A program made the translations under genes and the position numbers. A stretch of 63,676 nt of DNA, the filler included, from Raillietiella orientalis (Eukaryota): the NCBI GenBank assembly GCA_036172245.1. It is 2 parts of 2 records of this genome, joined end to end, with 100 filler letters (N's around TTAATTAATTAA, not from the genome) between each part and the next. Parts side by side here need not be neighbours in the genome. Positions count along the whole stretch, not along the records: positions 32,031 to 63,676 come from JAYWIR010000201.1; 1 more part is not named here. The stretch is one strand, 5' to 3'. Below the pieces are notes generated by a model that saw nothing but the letters and a program-made list of their open reading frames with translations, was not told the origin of the DNA and did no database searches. Of this stretch, positions 52,127-63,676 are shown piece by piece; within the stretch, counting starts at the first letter, position 1; the number at the start of each line of letters is the position of its first letter.

Positions 52127-54069
52127 CACTGCTGCGGACATGACGGCGTGCTCCTCTCCGCGTCCGGCGAGAACTCAGCTGGTAGGAGAGCGGATTGGGA
52201 AGCGGAATCGCTCCCGTTCGCTGCCACATCGCGCCCAACTGAGTCCTGGGAGCCGAGGATCATCGCCTCGGTCTACGTGCAGGAGCCGGAAGCGCCTCCG
52301 TCAACAGGCTCATGCTTTCGCACTTCATCCCCGCGCGCTACCGGCTTACCCCGGGATGCGCGCTCCTTTTGTTTGCACTCGGACTCCACCTCGGAGTCCG
52401 AGTGCCTGGCGCGAGACTGGCGTTTTGCCAGTCTCTTTTTGTTTCGGCAGGTGGAGGCTTGCCCTGCTTGCGCGGGGGTCGTCGCAGTCGCCAACGCAGC
52501 TTCCGGAGCTTTGGCTTCCGCAGCCGCTCTCTGGCGCGAAGCGACGGAGACAGAGCACGCAGCCGTAGTGCGTACCTGGGTACGCACCTTCTTCGGCGTG
52601 CTTCTCTTTTGCCTCCCACGTACCTTAAGGATGGGGAATATTAAAGGGTCAACCTTCTTCTTCCCCTTTGTGGGCGTCCTGGAGACTCGAGTCCAGCCCG
52701 CGTCGGGGACGCCCTCCTGGGAGGCCGACGCCTCCCTCAATTGTTTGGCCGGAGATGCCGGCTCACATTTCGCGCTCGCGGCGGGAGACGGCTCCGTCTC
52801 CGTTACGCACTGCACCTGCTCCTTAGCCGATGCGGGCGAAACGGCGGTCATTGCCGTCGTCCCGCGAGGCGCTATTGCAGCCTTCGCTGTTCGTGCCTTC
52901 GGCGTGGATGACGTGATTTCCACCGCCGTAGGAGGAGACTGCCGTTCAGAGGCAGCTCCGAGGGTACCCACGCACGGTTTCCCGTGTGCTCCGCTGGACG
53001 CGCAAGCGGACGCGGACGGTTCAGCAGCCTTGATTGCGTGCGTGCCCGCACTCTTAGGCTGCTTCGAAGGGAGCGATTTGCCCCCAGGGCGACGTGGCAT
53101 CTTTCCCGTCTGCGCGGTTGTCTGGGATGGTGGCTTTCCGGAAGCGACCGCGCCCTTTTTCCCGGGACCCCCACTCAAAGATGCCCCGCTTTTCGCGCCC
53201 GATTTCTCCCGTGGCACAACGGGGGATCTTTTTGGCGCGGACGGGGTAGATTGTTGTCGGCTTTTCGCCTACCGCTTTCTTTTGAGCTGGGCGCACTCTT
53301 TGATAAAGTGGCCGAGCTGTTTACAATAGCGGCAGTTGCGTGAAGGGCACGTCCACGGACGGTGGCCCTCTGCACCGCAAATGCCGCAAGCCGGTCGCTG
53401 ACCGGCAAATTTAAGGTGGACGATCGCATCGCCCACCTGCAAGTGCGGAGGCATTTGCCTCCTATCCGCCATGGTGACACGCGTCATGGCTAGTCCGCTG
53501 TGGAGAGATGCAATCCTTTTGATCGGAGCGTCTAATCTCCACATCGCGTGAACCGTGGCGAATGCAATTAGTGCAGCGACGAGCACGCGATCGGACGTGT
53601 CCACCTGGACGGCGGATAATCGGACCACGAACGACTGGTCCATGTCCGACGGGACGACCTCCTTCCCGCGGATATTTTGCGGGGTGCGCAGAAGGCGCTG
53701 GACTAGGGATGCATATTTGCAGTGCACCTCCCAGTGTCCGAGCGCGTTAACCGGCATGACGGCCAGGAGGTCGTCCTGTCGGACCCCGACGCGCAAAAGC
53801 TCGTCCCACAAATTTTCTCCGACCCCGTCGGAGATAGGAGCACTCACCGGATAGCAGAGCGCAGGCTTGTAGCCATGGGCTGCATATGCCTGCAGCTCTG
53901 CTTCGTCGGGCGGTGCTCCGATGGCTGCCGCCGCCTTGACAACGGCGGCGAAGCTTCTCGCCGGTTGCGAGACACAAGAATCAGAGGCGGACCGGACATC
54001 TGGAGTAGAGTCTCCACTGCCAGTAGGAGCCTCCACATCCATCTTTTGCTGCAGAGGCTTCGTGTACAT
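52126..54069 (-). pseudogene. ORF1 of element B (gag-like, two CX2CX4HX4C knuckles, long basic low-complexity tail); 648 codons with two premature stops
   Basis: Knuckles CGICGAEGHRPWTC and CRYCKQLGHFIKEC. Track ORFs 53269-54102 and 52273-53217 are in one frame, which ends at TGA 52128-52126. Confidence 0.88.
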
Positions 54070-54154
54070 CCCAGTGGACGCGCTCGGGCACACCACACAC
54101 AAGAAGACGGAAAGGAATCACGCTCGTGGAGCAACAAAAAACACGTCCGTGCGG

Positions 54155-57100
54155 GCGTTATCGTCGAGCGTATTTGCGACTGCTGCGAAAAAGAACTCGC
54201 CGCTACCGACGACAACCCCTCTGTTGACTCTGTCAACAGCGAGAGGAGCGAGCCTGCGGCGGCGTCCGTCGTAGACCGCACCATTGATGACGTAGCCTTC
54301 GCGCTAGCCGCGGAGGAACTGGCACGCTCGTTGCATCCAGAACCCTCCAAGGCTGGCAAGAAGGCCGCAAGGCGTCCGGCCTCCCCTCAGGAGACCCCAC
54401 TTCCGACTTCGAGGTGGAGGCCGGAAGCGCAGCCTCCGTGTTCACGGCGCCGCACAAGAAGGCTGGACGTTAGTCCACAAAGCCAAGGAAGCTCGTCTCC
54501 CCCGTCGAAGTGGAAGAGATGTCTTCCGCAAGCGAGGGTGCCATGAGCGTGGGAAACTCTCGGGACCCGTCGCCCGAGAGACTCCTACGCGCGGACACGG
54601 AGGGGATCAAGGGGGTGGAGGCCGAACAGGTGCCTCAGGTGCCTGAGAAGGCCGAAACCCCCATGGACATCCCGCCTACCTCGCAAGAGGAGGGCTCCCC
54701 CACACCTTAATCTTCCTAGCAGTAATGCCGGGAATCTTCTTCCGCCGTCGTCTGCGCGTTCCGTTTTGAGCGTGAAAGGCATGACAGACGCCGGCAGGAG
54801 ACGAGACATGGCCGCCCTTCTGGAGTCCTACGACCTTGCGCTGCTGGAGGAGATCCACGTGATCTCTGCAGAACAAGCGCAAGAGATCGAACGGATCTCC
54901 GGAGGGCGGCTGTGGTACAGGTGTAGGAGACCGAGAAGTTGCGGTGTCGCCTATCTGCTTCGGCCAGCCGTCGAGGCGACGGCTGGGGGCGTGCGGTTCG
55001 ACGATAACGGTCGTGTCGGCCAGCTGACTCTCAGGTGGTCCGACTCGATCGATTTGCTCGTGACGAACGTGCACGTACCGAGCGGCGCGGACCTGATGAC
55101 CAGGAGGGCGAGGAAAAAGTTTTTTCTTGCCCTCCGGCGACACTGGCTGAACAAAGCAGGCGTGCGGAATGCCAATCTGGTTGCAGACGATTTCAACGTT
55201 CGCCTGAAACCAGATGGGTAGAATCCCGAGCGTGACCTGGTCAACCATGTGTGCATTGCGGTGCACACCTCTAATCTGTTGGCCAGTGCACCGGGGATGG
55301 AATGAAGCATTGACCGCGTGTTTCTTGACGAGCACCTGTGCCCTCTTGTGGGCAAGCGCGGCAATTTACCATGCGAGCTGTCCGACCATCGCCCGCTAGT
55401 CCTCGAGATCCATCCGCGCGAAAAGGGCCCCCCGTCGTCAGCGTGGCATCTCCCAGGGGACTAGCTGAAGTTCTAGGACGCGGCGGAACCTCTCCGCACG
55501 TTCATACGGAGCTTCAGGCTGCGGACACTCTAGGATTGGGACTGCTGGAAGCGGTAGGTCCAGGAGTTCTGGGACCAGTTCCCTCTACACCGCCTACCTA
55601 CGGGTTTTCGGACCAGGGTTCGTAACGAACGAGCCCACCTGCAGTCCCGTCGTTACGCCAGGACCCCCGACACGAGCAGGCTGTCGGAATACAAAGCGGC
55701 AGCCGAGAGGCAAGCCTGGCAGTCCGGATCGGCCAGCTTCCTGGACGATCAGGGCCAGGAGCACTCGGCACCCGCGAAAATCTGCGGCCTCCTGCGGAAT
55801 TACTACTCCTCCTTGTATGCCAGGATACCTCCTGAAAGGAGCGTCTCACGAATCCTGTTTCCGAATGGCGCTCCAGTGATCGGTAAAAAGCCGAGAAAGA
55901 CCCTCGACGAGCCTTTCACGATGGACGAAATCCTCTCGGCCATCGGAAAGCTCAAGAGGCGCAAGGCTTCAGGGGAGGACGACATGCCCGCGGAGTTTTA
56001 CCAAACTTTCGCGGTTGAGCTTATTCCCCTGGTACAGCAACTCAGCTTGCTGATACGCGAAACAGGAGACGTTTCCGCCTCGTTTCGTTCGGCAAAGTTG
56101 TGGCTATTTCCTAAGGAAGGAGATCTAAAAAGCATGAACAACTGGCGTCTCATCACAATAGTGAATGCGGACGCTTAGTTGCTAGCTAAGGTTTGGGCAA
56201 AGAGGTTGGGACAGGTTGCCAACATCTTTAGCAGCCCGGATCAGACATATTCTGTTCCCGGGCGAAGCATGGAGGCGAACTTGTTCCACTCTTCCACCTG
56301 GCTAGAGCTCCAACATGAAAGGAGCTTTGTACGCAGCCGGAAATCCAGTGCTTGCGCCGGCAAGGGGTTGAATGGTCGGGTGAGAGAGGGAGCCCTTGCG
56401 GTCGCTGTCGACTTGCGAAAAGCATTCGATTGCGTCGACTAGAATCTCCTTCTGAGGCTTCTCGAACGCTTGGGCTCCCCGGCCTCATTAGTGGCCCATG
56501 TGCGCTCCAGCTGGCGCGAAGCGCTCATCAATGCTATTTTCAGCGGGCAGACCGTGCACGGCGTGCCTGTGCTGCGTGGAATCCGGCAGGGAGACAGCCT
56601 GAGCCCCTTGCTCTTCAGTACCTACTTTGAGTTGGTACTGAGAGCGTACAGGGGAACTCTGTCGCACCTGCCGCACGACTGTGCCGGTACGCCGTCCGTT
56701 TCAGCGTACGCGGACGACATTCTGCTGCTGCTCCCTATGTCCATTCCGGCTTCGGCGGTCGAGGAGTTCTTCGACCTGCTGCATCGGGGAAACAGACTCA
56801 CGGTGAACACGGCGGATTCGTCCGTGATGCTACTCGTAGCGGCGTGGGCAGGGCAGTAGGACTGGGTCCGTTTGAAGATCCTCACGGCGAGGTACTCCAA
56901 GTACCTTGGTGTACCGTTGGGGGACTACTCTTCTGCGGAAGCGTGATCCTGCTGCTTCCAAAAAGTAGAGAAGGCGATCGGCCCGTTCCCACGCGGTAGG
57001 TTTTTCCTTCCTGAACGGGCCGCTGTTTGGAACACGTTCGCAACACCTCTCCTTCGTTTTCTGCTTTTTGTTTGCCCCCCCACAAAGAGGATTAAGAAGC

Positions 57101-58517
57101 GGACAAAGGACCTCCTCCGTATCGCTTTTTGGGGCAACGGGAGGGCCCCTGTCCCCCTAAAGGACATGTGCGCTTCCCGTCGGGACCGTGGTCTGGGCCT
57201 CCTAACGCTGGAGCGGCTGAAGCTTCAGCTCCAGTTCCGAATGTCGGCACGTGTTCCGGAGTTGTGGTGCACCTGTTGGTGCGTCCCTGTACGTCTCCTT
57301 CTCCAGCAAGTTTCCGGCAAAACAAGACTGACGTCGTTTCTTGCACTCCGTCGCCGCGTCAACCGATGCGGACCTCAGATACGGAGGGTGGCTGCGCTAT
57401 CACGGAAAAACCCAGGATTGGTCACGTGTCGCCTTTTGAACAGTAGTGCCTGGTTGTAGGAAACCGTTCGAACGTGGGGACAGTTCGGCATGCAACGCTC
57501 TCAACAGGAACGAAGGTTCCTGTTTGGGGGTTACAGAAGTTGCACGCTCCGCGGGATCCTGGAGGATCCAAAGAAGAGAGCGTGGGCAGGAAGAAACCCC
57601 CTCGCTGCTGCGCTGCTCTCCCTGATGGAAGATCGGACAGCAATGTTGCGGCGAAGTGGGTGGTTACAGTAAGAATCTCCGGAAAGGAGAAGAAGATAGG
57701 AGAGTGGAACACGGGCCAGTTAACAGACGCTGCGACCCCGAGTACGCCTCCCAATGGACTTCTGCGCTAGGGCGCTCAGCTCGATGTTCCCATTGAACAT
57801 CTGAAGTGGCCCCCGGTGCTCATGAACACTTCCGCCCTTTTCTTAAAATGGCAGGAGTCGGCTCTCCTGTTGCAGCACTGGGGACTCCCCTGCAATGCCC
57901 GCCGACACCACTGGACCTGGGGAGCGGTGGACCCCAATTGCGTCAGGTGTGGGGAACGGGAGTCCCTCCACCACCTACTAGGGGATTGTGTTGCCCTTCG
58001 GCCCCTTTGGTTTTGCTTTGCCGCGGCCATCGGAATCCCTTGCGGCAACCCAAGGGACGTTCTGAAAGCCCTCTTCGTTGCCGAGGCTTTTCGGCCTGCG
58101 GCCTCGTTAGCAGCCATGTGCTTCCTTCGCGCGATCGTCACCGCCTGGAGCAAGGCTACGGGAGGACAACATGACCAGGGTGCCATCCTGCTAGCCTTCC
58201 AATTTCTGAGGAGAGCGTCGCGATAGCCCCACCTGGATCCAAGCATACAGCAAGAGCTTGCCGGCATCCCGCAAAGAATGCAACGGCCTTACCAGCAGCT
58301 GTGATCCCTTCCCTTACCCTCCCAACTTTTCTTTTCTTTTTTGTTTTGTTTTTTGTTTTCCCCCCTTCCCCCTGCTGATGTGGTGGACCGTACCGGTCTG
58401 CGAACCGGTGACCCGGCAGGCTCTGTGTTTCTTCGTGAGTGGCTGTAGCAATGGTCCAGCCACTGCACGTCTTTGTAAATGTTTGTTTTATAATAAACGC
58501 CCCGGCGAAGCCCGGGT
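54155..58517 (+). mobile_element. 3' part of element C/D: ORF1 C-terminus, ORF2 (about 54725-58300), 3' UTR; disabled
   Basis: VIVERIC...AFALAAEELA (ORF1) is followed by TAATG at 54723-54727. ORF2 shows LLEEIH, DDFN, KASGEDD, NWRLITIVNADA, DLRKAFDCVD, GIRQGDSLSP, AYADDI and CVRCGERESLHHLLGDC. AATAAA is at 58492-58497. Confidence 0.94.
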
Positions 58518-58520
58518 GAA

Positions 58521-59362
58521 AATCAAATGCTTTGTGCAAATCGTCCGCGACGGCTAAGGCTCCAGCCGAGTCCGCCCTATCCTCTGCATGATCTTCTTGG
58601 TCAGAGGGGAGCGCGAGGCTCCCTTGACCTTCCTGAGCAACGCGTTTTTGCAACTGCCACCATGAGCTGGCGAGCAGCAGGTTGGCCTCCATGGTTCGTC
58701 CGGGAAAAGCGTAGGTCTGCTCGGGACTCACTACGGAAGCGGCCACCCCCCCCAAGCGCTAAGCCCACAACTTGGCATACAACTTTGCCTCCGCATTCAC
58801 TACTGTGATGAGACGCCAGTTGCCAATGTTGCGTAAGTCTCCTGATTTCGGCAGGAGACGTACTTTTGCTTACCGGAACGAGGCGGGAACTTCGCCGTGT
58901 ACGCGAATCAGCGTACTTAACCTGAGCACCAGGGGGGCCAGCTCTGGCGCGAAGTGTTTGTAAAACTCCGCGGGCAGGCCGTCCTCCCCTGGTGCCTTCC
59001 TGTTCTTCAGCCTGTTGATGGCGGAGACGACCTCCACCATCGTGAACGGTTCGGCCAACCTGAAACGATCCTCCTCCTTGAGCGCGGGGAGGCCATCCTG
59101 CAGCAGGCGCTGCGCGAAATAGCGCTCCGGTGTTAGTTGCGCGTACAAGGAGGAATAGAACTCCCGCACGATGCGGCTTACCTGAGCTGAGCTAGAGCGT
59201 TCTTTGCCCTGATTGTCCAGCAAGAAGGCCGGGCCTGACTGCCAGGCCTGCATCTCCGCCAAAGCCTTGAATTCTGCCAGGCGACGAACGTCGGGACGCC
59301 TAAAATAACGGCGAGCCTGAAGGTATGCCGCTTGTTCCTGAATCCCCCGCCGAATCCCTTGG
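58521..59362 (-). mobile_element. Internal L1/Tx1 ORF2 fragment (element F: linker and RT N-terminal subdomains), cut on both sides by other insertions
   Basis: Reads AWQSGPAFLLD, EFYSSLY, KAPGEDGLPAEFYK, NWRLITVVNAEAK, QTYAFPGRTMEAN and ALAVADDLHKAFD, then stops abruptly at the 3' end of element C/D. Confidence 0.93.
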
Positions 59363-62300
59363 CGAGTGTACGTGTTTTAACTTTGCTTTTCAGTGAGTCG
59401 AGAGAAAGAGGTTTTTCCTTGTGTTGTTTGGTGTGGAAGATCGTTGGTGTCCGAAGACAGCGATGCCTGAGGACACCACGATGAAGATAGGTGTGAGGGA
59501 GGCTTGCTCACCCCCACAGCCTACAGAATCAGGGGCGTCCGCCTTGGAATTGCCCTCGCCGCCCAAGGCGAGGAGCTGGAGCGCCATGGTGGCCGCGCCG
59601 AGCGCGGAAACGATGGCCGAGATGGCGGCCTACCGGACAGCTGGGTACAAGCCCAGCTTAGTGTTCCAGATAGACCCCTTATTTGATGGAAAAACGGCAC
59701 GCGCGTTTTCGAAAGCGCTGCAAAACGCCGGAGTTAAAGAACAAGATCTTGACGGTTTGTACGTTCTCAGCGGAGGTCAGCGAGTCGGAGTGGTGTGCAA
59801 GGAGATCACCTTGGCTGAATGTCTGATCACCAACCCGTTGAACGTCGACGGCCGCTAGATCTTGCCGGTGACGATGGACCGCTCCGAGGTGGTCGATCTC
59901 ACTGGAATCAGGAGCCGTATGACTCGCTCTGCGGTAGCACAAGAACTTCAAAAGTTCGGCGAGGTGCACGCGCTGTGGCCTAAGCCAACAATCTTCGAAG
60001 GCTTCAATAGCCATTTCGGAGGCCAGGCTGCAGCGCGGGTAACCGTGAATAAGGATTGTGGGCTTCCCCACAAGCTGGAGATCGCGCAAGAGAGCGTGGA
60101 CCTCTGGTACGTGGGGAAGACCCGGTATGGCAACTACTGCGATACCGTAGGACACCTCCGCAAGAGGTGTCCTAACATCCAAGGCCACATGTGCGGGGAG
60201 AAGGGCCACGTTCGAAGTGTGTGCCCAAAACGAACCACCCGGTTCCTCCTGCTGCGAAAAAGGCGCAGGGAAAACGCGCAGTGAAGGTCACAAGACCTAA
60301 GGCAGACGCTGGCCGGCAGAAGCTGCCAGATCCTCAACCTCCAAAAGAGAAGACGAAGGATAAACCATCTCAAGTGGCGGAAGGTGAAGAGGGCTGGTTA
60401 CTTGTAGCAGCCAGAAATGAGAAAAAAGCTCCTTTGAAGGAGGAGAAAGAGAAGTCAGCCGGTAAGGCAAAAAAACCCGGGCCGCGTTCGAAAACGTTAC
60501 GCGAGTGCACGGTCGCACTGGAACGTATCGTCGTTCCTGAAGATGCAACCAGGGGCGAAGAGCCTCCCCTCGCCGTTTCCATCGCGCTTGAAGTTCAAGA
60601 CGGCGAACCCTCTGTTCGCACAGAGGGTGAGCCGCGCGACGCGCCGGTCGACACCGAGGACGCCGCGTTTGCAACGGCGGCGGAGGAGCTCGCGGCCACG
60701 CTGGCCGAGCGTCAGAACCCCTCACGCAAGTCCGTGCGAAGGCCGGCTCCCGCGAAAAAGGCCGCCACAGGTGAGTTGGACCTGGCGGCCGGAAGCACAT
60801 CCTCGTCCTCGGAGGCACCCCCCAGGAAGTCGGGACGCAAGTCCCAGAAGCCCAGGAGGCGCCTCCCCTCCACCAGCGAGGAGGAGAAGAAGGAAGCCGT
60901 CGCCAGCATGGGAAATTCGGAGGAGGAATTCCCACGCTCGGAAGCCGTCGATGCGGCCACCCCCATGGAGGAGGGTGAACAGGGAAGTGAAGTCCCCCCT
61001 GCAGGCGCCAACCCTGAACAGCCCGCCCCCATGGAGGAGGGCGAACAGGTAGGCGCGTCTCCACCTGCGGGTGATCCGGCCGACGCACCGGCACCGATGG
61101 AGGAGGGGGACCAGGTGCCTTCAGCACCTGACCCTCCTCCTACACCTAGCGTCCCGCCCCAGCAGGTGGCGGACGCCGCACTGCCATCTTCCCAGGAGTA
61201 ACACCTGGGCTCGCCAGTCGCCGTCGGATTAGCGCCGACTGTTGGAACGTCCAGTGGCTGCGCGACGACGGTTACAGGCGAGATACGGCCGACACCCTGC
61301 GTGAGCTCGTCCTGGCCCTGCTACAGGAGATTCACGTGATCACCGCGGCAGACGCCCTGGAGATCGAGACGATCACGGGGGGTCGGTTGTATTGGTGATG
61401 CGGACTCCACAACACCTGCGGGGTCGCGTTCTTCGTGAAGCCGGCCATCGACGCTGCCGTGAAGCGCGTGCGCTTCTGTGACGACGGTCGGGTCGGTCAG
61501 CTGATTCTCAGCTGGTCCGACTCGATCGAACTGATCGTCACGAATGTGTATGCCCCGAACGGTAAACAGGGATGCAGCGACCGCACCAGGTTGCTGGAAT
61601 CCCTGAAGCGCGACTGGCTGACGAACACGAACGTGCGGAAGGCTCACCTGATAGCGGGAGATTTCAATCTCCGTCAGCTAACAGGTGAGCCAGAAACACA
61701 AGAGAATGCGATGAACGAGTTGTGCGTCGATATGCCTGCGCGCAACTTGTTCGCGGGTGAGAGGGGAATGGTCCGCAGCATGGACCACGTCTTCCTCGAC
61801 GCTGACCTGTGTTCACCGGTCGGCAAACGGGGAAGGGTTGCGTCAACGTTGTCGGACCATTCCCGGTTAATTTTTGAGATGCGGCCCCGCGACAAAGGAC
61901 CGCCATGCAGGGACTGGCGTCTACCCGGGGGACTGGACGCGACTCTCAGTTGCGAAGGAACACCTTCGCGAATTCCTGAGAGGCGTCACGCTCCAGTATC
62001 ATACGAATTGGGACCTTTTTAAGGCCCCGTTTCGGGAGTTCTGCGAGCAGTTCTTCCTGGACCACCTAATTTTCGGAATCAGCAATGGTCCTTGCAACCA
62101 TCAGGCCTATTTACAGGCTTTTGGGTACGAGAGAATTACTAATGTCCGCAACTTGGCCGAGTACGGCGCCGGAGCCGAACGCCAAGCCTGGCAATCCGGG
62201 GCGGCCAGCTTGCTGGACCACCAGGGCCTGGAATGTTCGTCCCCGGTGTCGGTACGGCATCTCAAACGGAGTTTTTATTGCTCCCTTTACGCCAGGGAGC

Positions 62301-62880
62301 CCCCGGATCGAGACGCCTCTGGGTGTTTGTTTTCGGATGGCGCCCCGGCAATAGGGGAGGTGGAGATGCAAAGCCTCGGCGAGCCTTTTACCACCGGCGA
62401 AATTCTCGTTGGTATCAGAAGGCTCAAGAGGCGTAAAGCTCCAGGGGAAAATGGCTTGCCCGCGGAGTTCCTTCAGAGCTTCGCGGCAGAGCTGGCACCC
62501 CTGCTGGTTAAGTTGATCAGGCTGATCCAAGACGAAGGCGATGTTCCCGCCTCGTTTCGGTCAGCCAGAGTGAGGCTCCTTCCGAAAGGGGGAGACCAAA
62601 GGGATTTAAAGAACTGGAGTCCGATCACTATCGTGAATACGGACGCCAACTTGATAGCAGGGCTGTTCCCGGGCGAAGTATGAACGCCAACGTCGTCGTC
62701 GCAAGCACATGGGTGCACCTGCAGAGAAGAGAGAAGGAAGGGATAGGGAAAGTCGGCAACCCCACATTGGGGCCGCCAGCCATGATGGGAAGGAAACCCC
62801 GGGCGGGGAAGGGGGCCCTAGCGCTTGCAGTCGATCTTTACAAGTCGTTCGACTGTGTAGACCAGGAACTACTCTTGTGC
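59363..62880 (+). mobile_element. L1/Tx1 element E: 5' UTR, ORF1 (59463-61201), ORF2 from 61201 (APE and RT N-terminus); 3' part missing or interrupted
   Basis: The 5' motif GTACGTGTTTT is at 59368. ORF1 (MPEDTT...) has decayed knuckles NYCDTVGHLRKRC and HMCGEKGHVRSVC. ORF2 shows CWNVQ, LLQEIH, NVYAPN, AGDFN, SDH, KAPGENGLPAEF and DLYKSFDCVDQ, after which homology ends. Confidence 0.93.
60961..61120 (+). repeat. Three imperfect 66-bp coding repeats (PMEEG[E/D]Q) in the ORF1 tail of element E
   Basis: ATGGAGGAGGG at 60965, 61031 and 61097. Confidence 0.85.
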
Positions 62881-63676
62881 GTCGTCCCCTGATACTTGCC
62901 TCGAGGATGGACAAGTGATTCCGCTCTTGCTTCACGAGGCCACTCCCGCCGCATCGGGAGGCGCTTCCCGGTTATCTGCTTGCCTCTGAGCCGCTGCGTT
63001 CCTGGAGGACTAGATGGCCGAGGTGGATACGGAAGGGGGCAGAAGTTCTTTCCCCCGGAACGGATCGGTCCGAAGCACCTGTCTATCGGAGGCTAGTGCC
63101 TTCCCCGAGTGCGCGTGTTGCTATGAGCAGCAACCACACCCGACACGAGGCATGACCTGCCTTCTTCGTAGCCACTCGGAGCGGCCATTACATTTCTTAG
63201 GAAGAAGCGGCACGTATCGTCTCCGCTGCTCAAGATCGACATGCACAACGCCCTGACGGCTTCCTTGGCGTCACCTTATGAGAGGAGTCTCTTTAGGTCG
63301 TGGCGAACTGGCGAGCACACTCGGATGGCTCAGATCTTCCAGATGGATCACGGGACTAGAGATTTATGAAATGCTCCTGGGAGTATTCCGGCTCCTGAGA
63401 GTTCCCTGCGGTTCCGTGCGGCAGGCTTTCATCCAGGTATCTCGCCACTGCGGTGTACCTGGGCGCAATCCTTCCGGGAAAAGTGGATCCTTTTTCCCCT
63501 AGGGAAGGAAAGCTCTCACCCTGTTTCTCAGCCTCTCGTTGACTTCAGGCTCCTCACCAGGTTCTCCGAGAAGGACGGCTCTAGTGGCTCCTGGTGGGAG
63601 GACGAACTTCGTCCTCAAATTGGCTAACCGCCGCTCCGGAAAGAAGCGCCTCTGCTTTGCTGCGCGTTGCCACTCT

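Larger units (their letters stand above)
48441..54154 (-). mobile_element. Essentially full-length (about 5.7 kb) L1/Tx1 element B, inserted antisense into ORF1 of element C/D; disabled
   Basis: It has a 5' motif GGACGTGTTTT (54148-54138), ORF1, ORF2 (APE, RT, CCHC) and AATAAA at 48469-48464. It is flanked by GCGTTGTCGT (48430-48439) and GCGTTATCGT (54155-54164). Confidence 0.93.

Noticed and set aside
52148..53329. 393-aa plus-strand ORF (also 51780-52568 and the minus-strand ORF 60297-61127)
   Set aside because: These are antisense shadows of GC-rich ORF1/ORF2 sequence with no independent motifs.

Overview
Eukaryotic (metazoan, possibly nematode) repeat-rich DNA in two blocks joined by an artificial 100-bp scaffold spacer (44 N + TTAATTAATTAA + 44 N, 31931-32030), so their adjacency is unproven. 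Bases 1-31930 are a head-to-tail satellite of about 115 monomers of 276/277 bp. It has two monomer classes and irregular higher-order block duplications, and its short ORFs are artefacts. Bases 32031-63676 are a graveyard of L1/Tx1-type non-LTR retrotransposons (zinc-knuckle ORF1; APE-RT-CCHC ORF2). All copies are disabled and several are nested with recognisable target-site duplications. An AT-richer island (about 36.8-44.1 kb) holds a spliced gene for a Cys-rich, probably secreted protein, a second weaker gene model and a 550-bp inverted pair. The most interesting signal is a set of traits shared across diverged retroelement copies. The APE endonuclease appears to lack the target-contacting beta-hairpin loop, and the RT has a 26-30 aa hypervariable segment. 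ORF1 and ORF2 overlap as TAATG/TGATG, a 5' G(G/T)ACGTGTTTT motif is conserved, and nested insertions are antisense to the host element. All alignments were done by eye.
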